DNA of 64,000 nt from Rickettsiales bacterium (GCA_965658435.1 CBFHSE010000002.1:239-64238); one strand, 5' to 3'; numbered from the stretch's first letter, positions 54,546 through 64,000 are shown. A program made the numbers and translations. Notes: a model not told the origin generated them from the sequence alone.

Positions 54546-54962
54546 ATGACAAAGTTAACAACAGATACAAATAGAGTTTACGAATTAGGAGATATTAATG
54601 AATTTCCTGTTCTTGGCGGTGAATTAATTTATCAGGGTGCAGCTATCGGTTTAGAAGTTGCTTCTGGCTATGTTAGGGATTTGCAAGTGGGTGATAAATT
54701 CTTGGGCTTTGCCGAAGATAATATTGATGCAACTAACTCTTCTGATGGTGAAAAAAATATCAGAGTAAAAAGAAGAGGAAATGTCACTTTAGAATTAAGT
54801 GGTGCTGCCTTAACTGATGTTGGCAAAAGTATTTATGCCGTGGACGATAATACATTTACCCTTTCCAACACTTCATCAGTTTATATCGGTCAAATTATCA
54901 GGCATCAATTAGGCGATGAAGTCATTGTTGATTTTGACGCAGCAAGAGTGACCCCAGCTTAA
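54546..54962 (+). CDS. Putative capsid decoration/cement protein (DUF2190-like)
   Basis: Lies between the protease and the major capsid gene. The pattern LIYQGAAIGL...G.V..L is only a weak recollection of the family. Confidence 0.4.
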   Translation: MTKLTTDTNRVYELGDINEFPVLGGELIYQGAAIGLEVASGYVRDLQVGDKFLGFAEDNIDATNSSDGEKNIRVKRRGNVTLELSGAALTDVGKSIYAVDDNTFTLSNTSSVYIGQIIRHQLGDEVIVDFDAARVTPA

Positions 54963-54992
54963 TCTAATAACAATCAATTTAAAGAAAATATC

Positions 54993-55958
54993 ATGAGTTT
55001 AGCAGAATTATCATCAAGGGCTATTATTGGCCGTTATTACAAGAGACTAAATCAAAAATCAGGCATGGCTTGGGTTGAGGCAGTCTCAAATTATTTTACC
55101 TCTGATCAAGAATCAGAAACTTATAAATGGCTAGGTCAAGTTCCAGTTATGAGAAACTGGGTTGGTGGCAGACAGGCAAAAGGTTTTACCACTAATGGAT
55201 TAACTATTGAGAATAAGCACTTCGAGGCAACTTTAGAAATTCCTTTAGTTGATTTAAGGCGCGATAAAACAGGTCAGATTGAGGTTAGAATTAATGAATT
55301 AGCCGATCGCACCAATTCACATTGGGCTCAATTACTTTCCAAGCTTATAATCAATGGTGAAAGCACAGTTTGCTATGATGGTCAATATTATTTTGATACT
55401 GATCATAAGGATGGAAACAGCCCTGTTCAAAGCAATAAAATCCAGGTCGATTTAACAGCATTTGCTAATCAAATTGATGGTGGTGCAGTTGGTGACGCTA
55501 GCAACCCTAGTGAAGCAGCACTTCGCTTAGCAATTCTAAAAACCATTCAGCAAATCCTATCATTTAAAGATGATCAAGGTGAACCAATGAATGAGAATGC
55601 CAGCAAGTTTTTAGTAGTCGTTCCAACTTCACTTTGGTATTTAGCAAAATCCGCAATTGCAGTACCACTTACTGTTGGTGGATCAACAAATATGGTGAAA
55701 GTGCTTGATGAAGTTGATATCTCCATAGCGCAAAATCCAAGACTTGGTTGGTCTGATAAATTTGCTATCTTTAGAACTGATAGCTCAGTTAAACCATTCA
55801 TTCGCCAAGAAGAAAAGAATGTGCAGTTAAAGGCAATTGCCGAAGGTTCTGAATTGGAATTCAAACATGACAAACATTGGTATGGTGTTGATACCTGGAG
55901 AAATGTTGGTTATGGCTTCTGGCAACATGCATGCCTTACTCAGTTAATTAAATCATAA
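54993..55958 (+). CDS. Major capsid protein, Mu gpT-like family
   Basis: TYKWLGQVPVMRNWVGGRQ...IENKHFEATLEI...CYDGQYYFDTDH is collinear with the phage Mu T protein (TYGWLGKFPTLKEWVGKR...IANKTFEGTVGI...CYDGQNFFDKEH). Confidence 0.8.
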   Translation: MSLAELSSRAIIGRYYKRLNQKSGMAWVEAVSNYFTSDQESETYKWLGQVPVMRNWVGGRQAKGFTTNGLTIENKHFEATLEIPLVDLRRDKTGQIEVRINELADRTNSHWAQLLSKLIINGESTVCYDGQYYFDTDHKDGNSPVQSNKIQVDLTAFANQIDGGAVGDASNPSEAALRLAILKTIQQILSFKDDQGEPMNENASKFLVVVPTSLWYLAKSAIAVPLTVGGSTNMVKVLDEVDISIAQNPRLGWSDKFAIFRTDSSVKPFIRQEEKNVQLKAIAEGSELEFKHDKHWYGVDTWRNVGYGFWQHACLTQLIKS

Positions 55959-55971
55959 TTAAGAAAAAACT

Positions 55972-56400
55972 ATGAGCAAAAATTATAAAGTAACAGGTCA
56001 TATTGCAATTTTGGGAGTTGGAATAGTTTTAAAACTTTCCAATTCTCAAGCTAGCATTAGGCAATCTTCATTAAAACAGAAATCAAAGGATACATTTACT
56101 GTGCTTGAGCCAGTGCAATTTAAGCAAGGTGAAGAGATCATCATTGTATCTGGTAATGTTTCAAAATCTTTACTGAGTAATCTAACTGACCTATCAGAAG
56201 ATAAGAAAAGTAAGGATGAGGATAAGAATCAAAAACCTGCCAATAACAAAAAATCATCTTCTAAAGATCAGAAAAACAAATCTGATAAAAAAGATGATAA
56301 AAAGGCAGATGAGACTTCTAATGAAATAATTGATTTACCTGAAAATTCTGATGAAGCAATTATCGATAATAATGACATAAACAATCTGCCAAATGTTTGA
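55972..56400 (+). CDS. Hypothetical phage protein with Lys/Asp/Ser-rich disordered C-terminus
   Basis: ORF in the head-completion region. Low-complexity tail. Confidence 0.35.
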   Translation: MSKNYKVTGHIAILGVGIVLKLSNSQASIRQSSLKQKSKDTFTVLEPVQFKQGEEIIIVSGNVSKSLLSNLTDLSEDKKSKDEDKNQKPANNKKSSSKDQKNKSDKKDDKKADETSNEIIDLPENSDEAIIDNNDINNLPNV

Positions 56401-56734
56401 TTTTGATGGTTTTGTAAATAAACCATCAATTCAGATTTTTGGAAGATCTACAACTATCACTCCTGCTAATGATCAATTTGCACCTTTTGAAATTAATGGT
56501 GATTTCCATGAGAATTATCAGGAGATAAGCAATAAAGCAACTGAAGCTGATATTAGCTCAAATGAAATTGTAATCTTTGTCAGAAATGCTGATCTGCCGG
56601 ATTATTATCCTAAAATTAATCAAGGTGATAAGATCGAAATTGATGGCAAAGATTATCAGATAATTGATGTTCAAACTCATATTCCAGGAAGTAAAAAACT
56701 AGTTTTGCATGAGTCACAAGAGGCAAATAATTAG
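56393..56734 (+). CDS. Hypothetical head-tail connector-region protein
   Basis: Called from position only. Confidence 0.35.
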   Translation: MFDFDGFVNKPSIQIFGRSTTITPANDQFAPFEINGDFHENYQEISNKATEADISSNEIVIFVRNADLPDYYPKINQGDKIEIDGKDYQIIDVQTHIPGSKKLVLHESQEANN

Positions 56735-57188
56735 AGATGCTATAATTAATCAGCTAAAGGATAAAACTGATGCTGGAAGCAATGTTTATGGTAATAGAGC
56801 AAAACCTCTTTTTGATCAGTTTTTACCGGCAATATTAGTTTATTCAAAACAGGAAAATATTCTTGAAGATCAATATAATGTTGATGGTTATGCACCTCTC
56901 AAAAGAGATTTAGAGATTGCCATTGAAGCGGTAATTTTAGGTGGTGATGATTTTGATCAAAAGTTAGATGATATTGCCGAGCAAGTCGAATCTGCTTTGG
57001 ATGGCTTTGAAATTGAAACCAGAAAAGCTGATTTGATCAAGCTAAAATCAACAGAGATCGATTATTCAATTGAAGGCAGTAAAATTTATGGAGCAGTCAG
57101 ATTAACATATTCGGTGATTTATCGAACTGAAGTGACGCAACCAGATAATAACGGAACTCCAATAACAGAAATTGAAAGCAACCTATGA
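56709..57188 (+). CDS. Putative head-tail joining / tail completion protein
   Basis: Position, size and N-terminal pattern (RQIIRDAIINQLKD...VYGNR) are reminiscent of tail-terminator-like proteins. Unverified. Confidence 0.4.
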   Translation: MSHKRQIIRDAIINQLKDKTDAGSNVYGNRAKPLFDQFLPAILVYSKQENILEDQYNVDGYAPLKRDLEIAIEAVILGGDDFDQKLDDIAEQVESALDGFEIETRKADLIKLKSTEIDYSIEGSKIYGAVRLTYSVIYRTEVTQPDNNGTPITEIESNL

Positions 57189-57370
57189 GAAAAATTAAAA
57201 TACAGATTATTTATAATCACACAAAATATAAAAAAGATCAGATTATTGAAGTTGAAGGAAAGGAAGCGACCCCTCTTTTAACAACAGGAAAAGCAATTAG
57301 ATCTCGTAAAATTCCTGAAGCTCAAAAAGAAAATAAATCTGATAAGAGACCTAAGAAAAATGATGTTTGA
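57185..57370 (+). CDS. Hypothetical small basic protein
   Basis: ORF coupled to its neighbours by overlapping codons. Confidence 0.3.
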   Translation: MRKIKIQIIYNHTKYKKDQIIEVEGKEATPLLTTGKAIRSRKIPEAQKENKSDKRPKKNDV

Positions 57371-57956
57371 TGAGCAGGATAGTTATGCGCTTTCTAATCT
57401 TGCCAAAAGACTTTCAAACATCATTAGAATTGGCACTATTTTTGAAATTAATTATCAAACAGCTAAAGCTAGAGTAAAAATTGGTGAGTTGGAAACTGAT
57501 TTTTTACCTTGGGCAAATGCTAATAGCGGAAGCAATAATAGTTGGAATCCGCCAGAAATTGACGAGCAAGTAATTATTTTATCACCATCAGGAGATTTAA
57601 GTCAGGCAGTAATTCTGCCATCGCTCTATAAAAATAATGCCAGCGATTCTGACCAAAATATAAAATCAATCACCTATCAGGATGGCTCAAAAATAAGCTT
57701 TAATGTGTCATCTGGGGCTTTGGACTTAGATCTCAAAGGAGATGTTACAATTAAGGTTGTTGGTAATGCTAATATTGAAGGTGATAATATCAATATTACA
57801 GCTAGTAGCAATATTACTCTAGATGGCAATGTTGATCTTGGCGGATCAGGCGGACAACCAATTGCCAGAATTGGTGATAAAGTTGAAATTACTGGTGGCT
57901 CTTCCGCTGGTCAGTGGCCAATAATATCAGGTTCAAGTAAGGTAAAATCAGCATGA
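57360..57956 (+). CDS. Baseplate assembly protein V (P2 gpV-like spike)
   Basis: IRIGTIFEINYQTAKARVKIGELETDFLPWA...EQVIILSPSGDLSQAVILPSLY is the gpV OB-fold pattern, followed by a repetitive C-terminal beta-helix. Confidence 0.85.
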   Translation: MMFDEQDSYALSNLAKRLSNIIRIGTIFEINYQTAKARVKIGELETDFLPWANANSGSNNSWNPPEIDEQVIILSPSGDLSQAVILPSLYKNNASDSDQNIKSITYQDGSKISFNVSSGALDLDLKGDVTIKVVGNANIEGDNINITASSNITLDGNVDLGGSGGQPIARIGDKVEITGGSSAGQWPIISGSSKVKSA

Positions 57957-58288
57957 ATATTAATGATGGCAAAGAAATTTCAGAAATTAACCACTTAAAA
58001 CAATCTATTGCCAATATTCTAACTACTCCAATTGGCTCAAGAACAATGAGAAGAGACTACGGCTCTAATCTTTTTAATAAAATTGATCGACCAATTAATG
58101 GTGAGTTAATCGCAGAAATTTATCTCGATATTGTTGAATCATTATTTATTTGGGAGCCTAGATTTGAAGTTGATCAAGTGGTGGTCGGTGAAATTAATCA
58201 AGGAAAAATCACCATCGATTTAGAAGGAAGTTTTTTGAAATCAGGTGAAAAAATAACATTAGAAAATATTGAAATTACAAATGCTTAA
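57953..58288 (+). CDS. Baseplate protein W (GPW/gp25 family)
   Basis: L.QSI.NILTTPIGSRTMRRDYGS motif, 111 aa. Confidence 0.8.
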   Translation: MNINDGKEISEINHLKQSIANILTTPIGSRTMRRDYGSNLFNKIDRPINGELIAEIYLDIVESLFIWEPRFEVDQVVVGEINQGKITIDLEGSFLKSGEKITLENIEITNA

Positions 58289-58290
58289 AA

Positions 58291-59139
58291 ATGAGCAATT
58301 TTACTCCAATAGATTTATCAAAATTACCTGCTCCAGATGTAATTGAAGCGCTAGATTTTGAAACTCTATTAACTGATTACATAAATGATTTTGTAGCAAG
58401 AAATCCAAATTACTCGACATTACTAGAAAGCGACCCTGCTATTATTTTAATGCAAGTAGTTGCTTATCGAGAAATGTTGCTTCGGGCAAGAATAAATGAA
58501 GCAGCAAAGGCAAATATGCTTGCCTATGCAACTAAGGGTGATCTTGATAATTTAGCAGCTTTTTTTGGCGTAGAAAGATTAATTGATGAAACAGACGAAA
58601 GACTTAGAAAAAGAACTCAGCTTGCCTTAGAAGGATTTTCTACTGCAGGGCCAGTTGGAGCATATATTTTTCATAGTCTATCTGCTTCAAATGAAGTGAA
58701 ATCTGTATCGGTAAAAAGTCCAAATCCTGGTGAAGTTTTGGTGACAATTCTTTCAAATATTGGCGATGGAACTGTTGGTCAGGAATTAATAGATACTGTT
58801 TTAGTCAAGTTAAATGAAGATGATATTCGACCTCTCACTGATTTAGTATCGGTTCAAGGAGCAGAAATTATTAACTATCAAGTGGAAGCAATAATTACTG
58901 TTTATTCTGGCCCATCATCGGCAGTTGTTGAAACAGAGGCAAATGATGATTTGCAAAAATTTATCTCTGATCGTCACGAGATTGGCAGAGTAATAGCAAT
59001 ATCAGGAATTTATGACGCTCTGCATGTTGATGGGGTTAAGAAAGTGGAATTAATATCGCCATTATCTGATGTTGAAACCACCAATGAACAAGCTCCATAT
59101 TGTACAAATATTTCAATATCAGTAGTAATCGATGAGTAA
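58291..59139 (+). CDS. Baseplate protein J
   Basis: Lies after W. ...LPAPDVIEALDFETLL... and the size fit P2 gpJ-like proteins. Confidence 0.8.
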   Translation: MSNFTPIDLSKLPAPDVIEALDFETLLTDYINDFVARNPNYSTLLESDPAIILMQVVAYREMLLRARINEAAKANMLAYATKGDLDNLAAFFGVERLIDETDERLRKRTQLALEGFSTAGPVGAYIFHSLSASNEVKSVSVKSPNPGEVLVTILSNIGDGTVGQELIDTVLVKLNEDDIRPLTDLVSVQGAEIINYQVEAIITVYSGPSSAVVETEANDDLQKFISDRHEIGRVIAISGIYDALHVDGVKKVELISPLSDVETTNEQAPYCTNISISVVIDE

Positions 59140-59860
59140 AAGCCTGTTACCAATAAATGCGAGTCAGTTACTAAAAGATTTAGAAAATTCCTCACTTAAA
59201 GCAACTAGCTTGGAAGCTTTAAATAGATATGTCACCAATCCTGATTTAGCACCAGATAATATTTTACCTTGGCTGGCTTGGGCAGTATCAGTTGATGATT
59301 GGAGTGACAATTGGAGTTTGGCTGTAAAAAGAAATGTTATCAAAGCTAGCATTAATATTCACAAGAAAAAAGGAACTATTGGCGCACTTAGATCAGCATT
59401 AGAAGCCTTCAACTATGAAAATATCAAGGTACAAGAATGGTTTGATTATGGCGGTGATCCTAATTTTTTTAGAGTCTTTTTTGATGTAACTGAGCCAGGT
59501 TTTGATGTTGGAATTTTACCACAAGTTCAAAAGGTAATTGATAATACTAAAAATGTTAGATCGCATTTAGAAAGCCTAAAGGCATTTTTATCAGCCGAGA
59601 TGGGTTTGATTAATATGGGATCAGCAATGATTTCCAAAGAAATCACGCCACTTCCTCAATTTATTTATGAAAATGATGATGAGATAAAGAATGTTTCAAA
59701 CTCTCCTTATATTGGGATATTTAGTATCTCAAAAGAAATTATGAATATTACTCCTGTAATATATGACTTTGATGATGAGTTGATAAATCAAAATTCGGCA
59801 ATGCCTGCAATTGGAACATTTTTAATATCAAAAGAAATTACAACGATTAATCCTCTTTAA
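59132..59860 (+). CDS. Tail protein I (P2 gpI-like) with a C-terminal ~33-aa repeat
   Basis: ILPWLAWAVSVDDW...KKKGTIGALRSALEAF is the gpI signature. C-terminal ISKEI(T/M)...IY(E/D)xDDE units are repeated 2.5 times. Confidence 0.8.
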   Translation: MSKSLLPINASQLLKDLENSSLKATSLEALNRYVTNPDLAPDNILPWLAWAVSVDDWSDNWSLAVKRNVIKASINIHKKKGTIGALRSALEAFNYENIKVQEWFDYGGDPNFFRVFFDVTEPGFDVGILPQVQKVIDNTKNVRSHLESLKAFLSAEMGLINMGSAMISKEITPLPQFIYENDDEIKNVSNSPYIGIFSISKEIMNITPVIYDFDDELINQNSAMPAIGTFLISKEITTINPL

Positions 59861-59863
59861 GAA

Positions 59864-60874
59864 ATGCCTCAAGATTATTACAGCTTGGTGACCAATATTG
59901 GTCTTATAAAAGAAGCCGAGGCAGGACAAATAGGAGCAAATCCTATTAATTTAACTGAAATTGCAGTTGGCGATGGCAATGGATCATATTATGAGCCTGA
60001 CAGCGCAGCAACCTCTTTAGTAAATGAGCTTTATAGAACAAATTTAACTTCTGCTGTTTTGGATGCCAATAATCCAAACCAGCTGATTATTGAAGGAGTA
60101 ATTCCTGAAGAAGCTGGGCCATTTTATATTCGTGAAGTTGGAATATTTGATTCTGATGGTGACTTATTTGCGATTGGAAAATATCCAGAAACCTTCAAAT
60201 CAAATTATGAATCAGGCTCTGGCAAAAGGCTTTATATAAGGCTGATAGTTGCTTTTGTTTCAATACCTAATGTTGAGATTGTTTTATCGGAGAATATTAA
60301 TTTTGATCCAAATTTTGAAGCTAATTTGAACATTGAATTAGCTAACAGACTTAAAATATCAGAAAATTTAGCTGATTTAAATGATGTCGCTATTGCTAGG
60401 AATAATCTTGGCTTAGGAATTGGAGCTTTAGCAGGAGATGCCTCAGAAGCTGAAAAAGGCATATCTCAAATAGCCGATCAATCAGAAACTGATAATGGCA
60501 GCGATGATTTAAAATTTGTAACTCCACAAAAGTTAAAAACAAATCTGATCAACCACCCATTTACAGTGGATTTGGTCAATTACCAAGCAAGATCGTATAA
60601 TACTATTTATCAGGCTAGTGAAGATGGTTATTTGGTCATTCAACTATTTGGATCATATATGAATGCTGCCAAATTATTAATTGGAACATCTAATCCTCCA
60701 ACCAGTCAAATTGGAATTTGGGGAGATGATTTAAATGGAAATACCAAAGCGGTTTCTGCCTGCTATCCAATATCTAAAGGAACATATTATAAATTAGCTC
60801 CAGCAACTGTTGGAGCTGGTTCTTACGGCTTTGAGTCTATAGTTTTCACTTTTTACCCAGTAAAACGCAGTTAA
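59864..60874 (+). CDS. Tail fibre protein 1 (P2 gpH-like N-terminus)
   Basis: YYSLVTNIGL...LTEIAVGDGNGSYY...FYIREVGIFDSDGDLFAIGKYPETFK is the conserved phage tail-fibre N-terminal domain. Confidence 0.75.
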   Translation: MPQDYYSLVTNIGLIKEAEAGQIGANPINLTEIAVGDGNGSYYEPDSAATSLVNELYRTNLTSAVLDANNPNQLIIEGVIPEEAGPFYIREVGIFDSDGDLFAIGKYPETFKSNYESGSGKRLYIRLIVAFVSIPNVEIVLSENINFDPNFEANLNIELANRLKISENLADLNDVAIARNNLGLGIGALAGDASEAEKGISQIADQSETDNGSDDLKFVTPQKLKTNLINHPFTVDLVNYQARSYNTIYQASEDGYLVIQLFGSYMNAAKLLIGTSNPPTSQIGIWGDDLNGNTKAVSACYPISKGTYYKLAPATVGAGSYGFESIVFTFYPVKRS

Positions 60875-60877
60875 AAA

Positions 60878-61444
60878 ATGAGCAAATATATAGCATATAA
60901 AAAAGATGGGGAATTTGATTTAGATGAAGGCTTTATTGATCAAAGCTGTTTTAAAGGAAAAACCAATAAAGAAATTAAGAAAATTTTTGCTAAAGATGGC
61001 TTTGATTTGGAGATTATTGGTCAGGATAAATTTAAAGAATTAACCTCAAATCAAATTGATCCAATTAAGATAGCTAAAACAAAGAAATATGACGAAATTG
61101 AGACCTTAAGAAAATCATATCAATTTGCACCGATCATCTATCAAGATTTAGAATTTTCGACCTCAATATTGGCAAGGCAGAACATAGTTGGAGTTATCTC
61201 AATTTTAAAAAATAACCCAGAATTAAGCAGTCATTATTGGAAGGATAATGATGATACGCAGTGTAATTTCACCTTAAGCGATTTTGAAAATCTATTAGCC
61301 ATAATTTCTAAAAGGGACAGCAAATTATACTACATAGAAGCACAGCTTAATAATGAAATATCTAAAAAATCAGATCCAATAATCTTAGAAGAAATTAATA
61401 TCAAGGAATCTTGGAAATCTTTTGAAGCAAGTTACTCGAAATAA
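60878..61444 (+). CDS. Tail fibre assembly chaperone 1
   Basis: Lies directly after a fibre gene. It is paralogous to the partial ORF at 63551 (…ARQNI…SKRDSKLY versus …ARQNI…SSRDTKLY). Confidence 0.55.
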   Translation: MSKYIAYKKDGEFDLDEGFIDQSCFKGKTNKEIKKIFAKDGFDLEIIGQDKFKELTSNQIDPIKIAKTKKYDEIETLRKSYQFAPIIYQDLEFSTSILARQNIVGVISILKNNPELSSHYWKDNDDTQCNFTLSDFENLLAIISKRDSKLYYIEAQLNNEISKKSDPIILEEINIKESWKSFEASYSK

Positions 61445-61446
61445 AA

Positions 61447-63525
61447 ATGCCCACTTATTACAGTCTTATAACCAATATTGGTCTGATAAATCATGCTAAC
61501 GCTGCCAATAATTTGGTGAAAATTGATTTAACCCAAATGGCAGTTGGCGATAGCAATGGAGCTTATTATGATCCTGATGGCAGTGAAACTGCTTTACAAA
61601 ATGAGCTTCATAGAGTCAACCTAACCCATGTGGTTATTGATGAAAACAACCCTAATCAGCTAATTGTTGAAGCGGTAATAGAAGAAGTTGTTGGCCCATT
61701 TTACATCAGGGAGGTTGGAATATTTGATTCTAATGGCGATCTTTTTGCCATAGGTAAATATCCAGAAACCTTTAAACCAAATTTACCAACAGGATCAGGA
61801 AAAAGGCTTTATATCAGAATGATTCTTGGTTTTGCAAATGCTCCAAGTGTAAATCTAATCATTAATAATGACATTAATCTTGATCCAAATTTTTCAACCA
61901 ATGTCAATAATGAGCTAAATAATAGATTAAAAATTTCAGAAAATCTTGCCGATTTAACTGATATTGATGCTGCTAAGTCAAATCTTGGCATAGGAAATTC
62001 TCAGGAAGGATTTGCAGGGCTTATAGAATTAGCAACCCAAGAAGAAGTTGATACAAAAACCGATGATTCTAAGGCTTTGACTGCAAAGAAATTAGCAGAT
62101 CAAGTAGATTTTTCTCAAATAAATCAAAACTCTACTTCAAAATTTGTTGCCAAATTGCCAATAAGCAGAACTTCTAGGCAGGCAATGGCAGTTATTATGA
62201 AGGATGGAGGAATTAAGATATGGGGTCGAGGATATGCCAATGGAAATACAGATGGCGGAGGCGGAGATCATTATTTACCAATAAATTTAGCAGTTGATCC
62301 AGAAAATCCACCAACAACTAAATTTACCCAAGTTTCTCTTGGCGCTCATTCTGGCTTTGCTTTAGATGAGGAAGGTAAAGTTTATTCTTGGGGGTATAAT
62401 GCTCAAGGCCATCTAGGACATTCAGATACAGTAGAAAAACCTTATGCCAAAAGAATAGAATATTTTGTAACCAATAATATTCAAATAAAGGAAATTATCA
62501 CCTTTAATGAAATTGGCCATAATGATGTATCGGCAGTATTTTTTATAACTACTAATAATCATGTTTATGGTTGTGGTGATAATCAGCAAGGAGTTTTAGG
62601 CGATGGCACTACAACCAATAGATATACTCCAATTAGAATTGGTACTTTAGAAAATGTAGTTCAAGTTGTGTTGACCTGTGGTAATGCCGGAACTGCATAT
62701 TTTAGAACTGACGATGGAGCTGGAAATAAAGAATTATGGGTAACTGGTTGGAATGCTAATGGACAGCTGGGTGTTGGTCACACTTCACGAGTAACAATAC
62801 CAACAAAAATATCGCCTTTTAATAATGTTTCTCATGTTGCAGCTTGTGGCGGAGTAGATACCGCAGGATCATCTACTTACGGCAGTGCCATATTAATTGA
62901 TAGTGGCAAAGTTTATACTACAGGATATGGTGGTCATGGTCAATTAGGTCATGGAAATGGCTCTAATCTATCAACATGGACAGAGGTTGCTAATCTTAGT
63001 GGGATTGTTGATGCTGGAATGGTTGGCACTCCCTACACAACAACTTATATCATTGATTCAGGCGGAAATATATTACTATGCGGCTATAATGGATATGGTC
63101 AATTAGGGCTTGGTCACACTAGCAATTCCAGTGTTTTTGTATCTCCAAATGGTGGAGATTTGGGGTTTCAAGGAAATATTAAGAAAGTTCTTTTGGCTGG
63201 TGATAAAAGTTATCAGGATATCATAATATTAGATAATGATGGTCAAATTTATGGCAGTGGTTATGGCTATTATGGAAGCTTATCTAGAGGCGGTTATGCA
63301 AATTATAATCATACATCCTTTAAGAAGGCTATAAAGTCAAAAATCGCTTACGAGAATAGAAAATGCATAGATATAACATCAGCTGGTTATAGCTATGTTT
63401 ATTGTATCTTTGCCTTATATGATGATGGAACTCTTCGTGTAACTGGTCACAATCACTATGGAATGCAAGGCTATGGCTCTCATTTAAGCATTCATTCCAA
63501 GACCTATAATGATGTAACTTTCTAG
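61447..63525 (+). CDS. Tail fibre protein 2: gpH-like N-terminus fused to a seven-repeat RCC1-like beta-propeller
   Basis: The N-terminal ~190 aa are paralogous to fibre 1. The C-terminal half has seven units: GYNAQGHLGHSDT, GDNQQGVLGDGTT, GWNANGQLGVGHT, GYGGHGQLGHGNG, GYNGYGQLGLGHT, GYGYYGSLSRGG, GHNHYGMQGYGSH. Confidence 0.8.
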   Translation: MPTYYSLITNIGLINHANAANNLVKIDLTQMAVGDSNGAYYDPDGSETALQNELHRVNLTHVVIDENNPNQLIVEAVIEEVVGPFYIREVGIFDSNGDLFAIGKYPETFKPNLPTGSGKRLYIRMILGFANAPSVNLIINNDINLDPNFSTNVNNELNNRLKISENLADLTDIDAAKSNLGIGNSQEGFAGLIELATQEEVDTKTDDSKALTAKKLADQVDFSQINQNSTSKFVAKLPISRTSRQAMAVIMKDGGIKIWGRGYANGNTDGGGGDHYLPINLAVDPENPPTTKFTQVSLGAHSGFALDEEGKVYSWGYNAQGHLGHSDTVEKPYAKRIEYFVTNNIQIKEIITFNEIGHNDVSAVFFITTNNHVYGCGDNQQGVLGDGTTTNRYTPIRIGTLENVVQVVLTCGNAGTAYFRTDDGAGNKELWVTGWNANGQLGVGHTSRVTIPTKISPFNNVSHVAACGGVDTAGSSTYGSAILIDSGKVYTTGYGGHGQLGHGNGSNLSTWTEVANLSGIVDAGMVGTPYTTTYIIDSGGNILLCGYNGYGQLGLGHTSNSSVFVSPNGGDLGFQGNIKKVLLAGDKSYQDIIILDNDGQIYGSGYGYYGSLSRGGYANYNHTSFKKAIKSKIAYENRKCIDITSAGYSYVYCIFALYDDGTLRVTGHNHYGMQGYGSHLSIHSKTYNDVTF

Positions 63526-63550
63526 TAAAATTCAAAAGAAAAATAATAAA

Positions 63551-64000
63551 ATGAGCGCTAATATCAACAAGGTATATCGCTACCCTTCAGAACTTCAGTT
63601 GAAGTTTCCTGAAGGGTTGAGTGAGATAAAATTTTTAAGTGAGATTGATGGGTTTAATTATTTGTCAATCAGACAAAATGATGATAATGAAATAAGCCTT
63701 CCCATTGAGTTTGAGGAAACAAAAACTCCAGAAATATTACTAACCAAAATCAGGAAAAAGAAACAAGATGAGGTTGAAGCTTTTAGAAAAGAATTGCAGT
63801 TTAAAGCAATTTCTTATCAAGAAGTTGAGATCTCAACCTCGCAAATGGCTAGGCAAAATATTCTAAGCATGATTGCTACGCCAAGTAGCAGTAAGATTAA
63901 ATACTATTGGCGTGACAATAAAAGAAAAAATCAAAATTTTAATTTAAATAATTTTCAAGAAATCATCAGCCTTATATCCTCAAGGGATACAAAGCTATAT
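63551..64000 (+). CDS. Tail fibre assembly chaperone 2 (partial, runs off the window)
   Basis: My own translation from the ATG at 63551 is open to position 64000 and is paralogous to 60878-61444. It is absent from the ORF track because there is no stop in the window. Confidence 0.55.
   Translation, partial: MSANINKVYRYPSELQLKFPEGLSEIKFLSEIDGFNYLSIRQNDDNEISLPIEFEETKTPEILLTKIRKKKQDEVEAFRKELQFKAISYQEVEISTSQMARQNILSMIATPSSSKIKYYWRDNKRKNQNFNLNNFQEIISLISSRDTKLY

Larger units (their letters stand above)
33141..64000. mobile_element. Prophage (partial; continues past the window end)
   Basis: A contiguous set of repressor, early/replication, methylase, packaging, head, baseplate and fibre genes, nearly all on the + strand. 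No sheath, tube, tape-measure or lysis genes have appeared by position 64000. The left border is uncertain and may include the serine recombinase module at 27980-30315. Confidence 0.85.

Overview
This window is very AT-rich bacterial chromosome, probably from a Rickettsiales- or Holosporales-like alphaproteobacterium. I base that on gene content and synteny only; I ran no search. The window splits into two parts. Positions 1-22,640 are ordinary housekeeping DNA. They carry a pilin-like gene, a yhdH-like reductase, xerC/D, tal, serB, ftsH, rsfS, a TauE permease with its alpha-specific partner, photolyase, tRNA-Thr, tatA, pabA/trpG, zapA, a putative 6S RNA, a 5-formyl-THF cyclo-ligase, a complete iscR-iscS-iscU-iscA-hscB-hscA-fdx operon, comF, rpsU and tRNA-Ser(GCU). 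Everything downstream of tRNA-Ser, from 22,640 to the window end, is accessory DNA. In order it contains: a GC-richer non-coding stretch; an IS5/IS1182-type insertion sequence; a NYN / TPR-lipoprotein / tandem ATP-grasp operon; cspA; a four-gene large serine recombinase module with DUF2924; a DUF123 GIY-YIG gene; a CsoR-controlled metal-handling cassette; and a large prophage that runs off the window end. The prophage has an S24 repressor, two unknown genes, an Xis-like HTH gene, a Sak4-type recombination module, an SF2 helicase, a Cas4-like nuclease, a primase-helicase with a downstream iteron region, RuvC, two DNA methyltransferases, lambda-type terminase, gpW, portal and S49 protease, a Mu gpT-type capsid protein, P2-type baseplate genes V/W/J/I, and two tail-fibre/chaperone cassettes. 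The most unusual observation is the C5-methyltransferase locus at 45,519-46,886. Two frames offset by +1 both stay open for about 1.36 kb, and the canonical methyltransferase motifs alternate between them. Other candidates for uncharacterised biology are the translationally coupled gene pair next to the prophage repressor (33,764-35,883), the NYN/TPR/double ATP-grasp operon (24,468-27,360), and a tail fibre ending in a seven-blade RCC1-like propeller. All functional calls come from reading motifs in the supplied translations. No database search was run.
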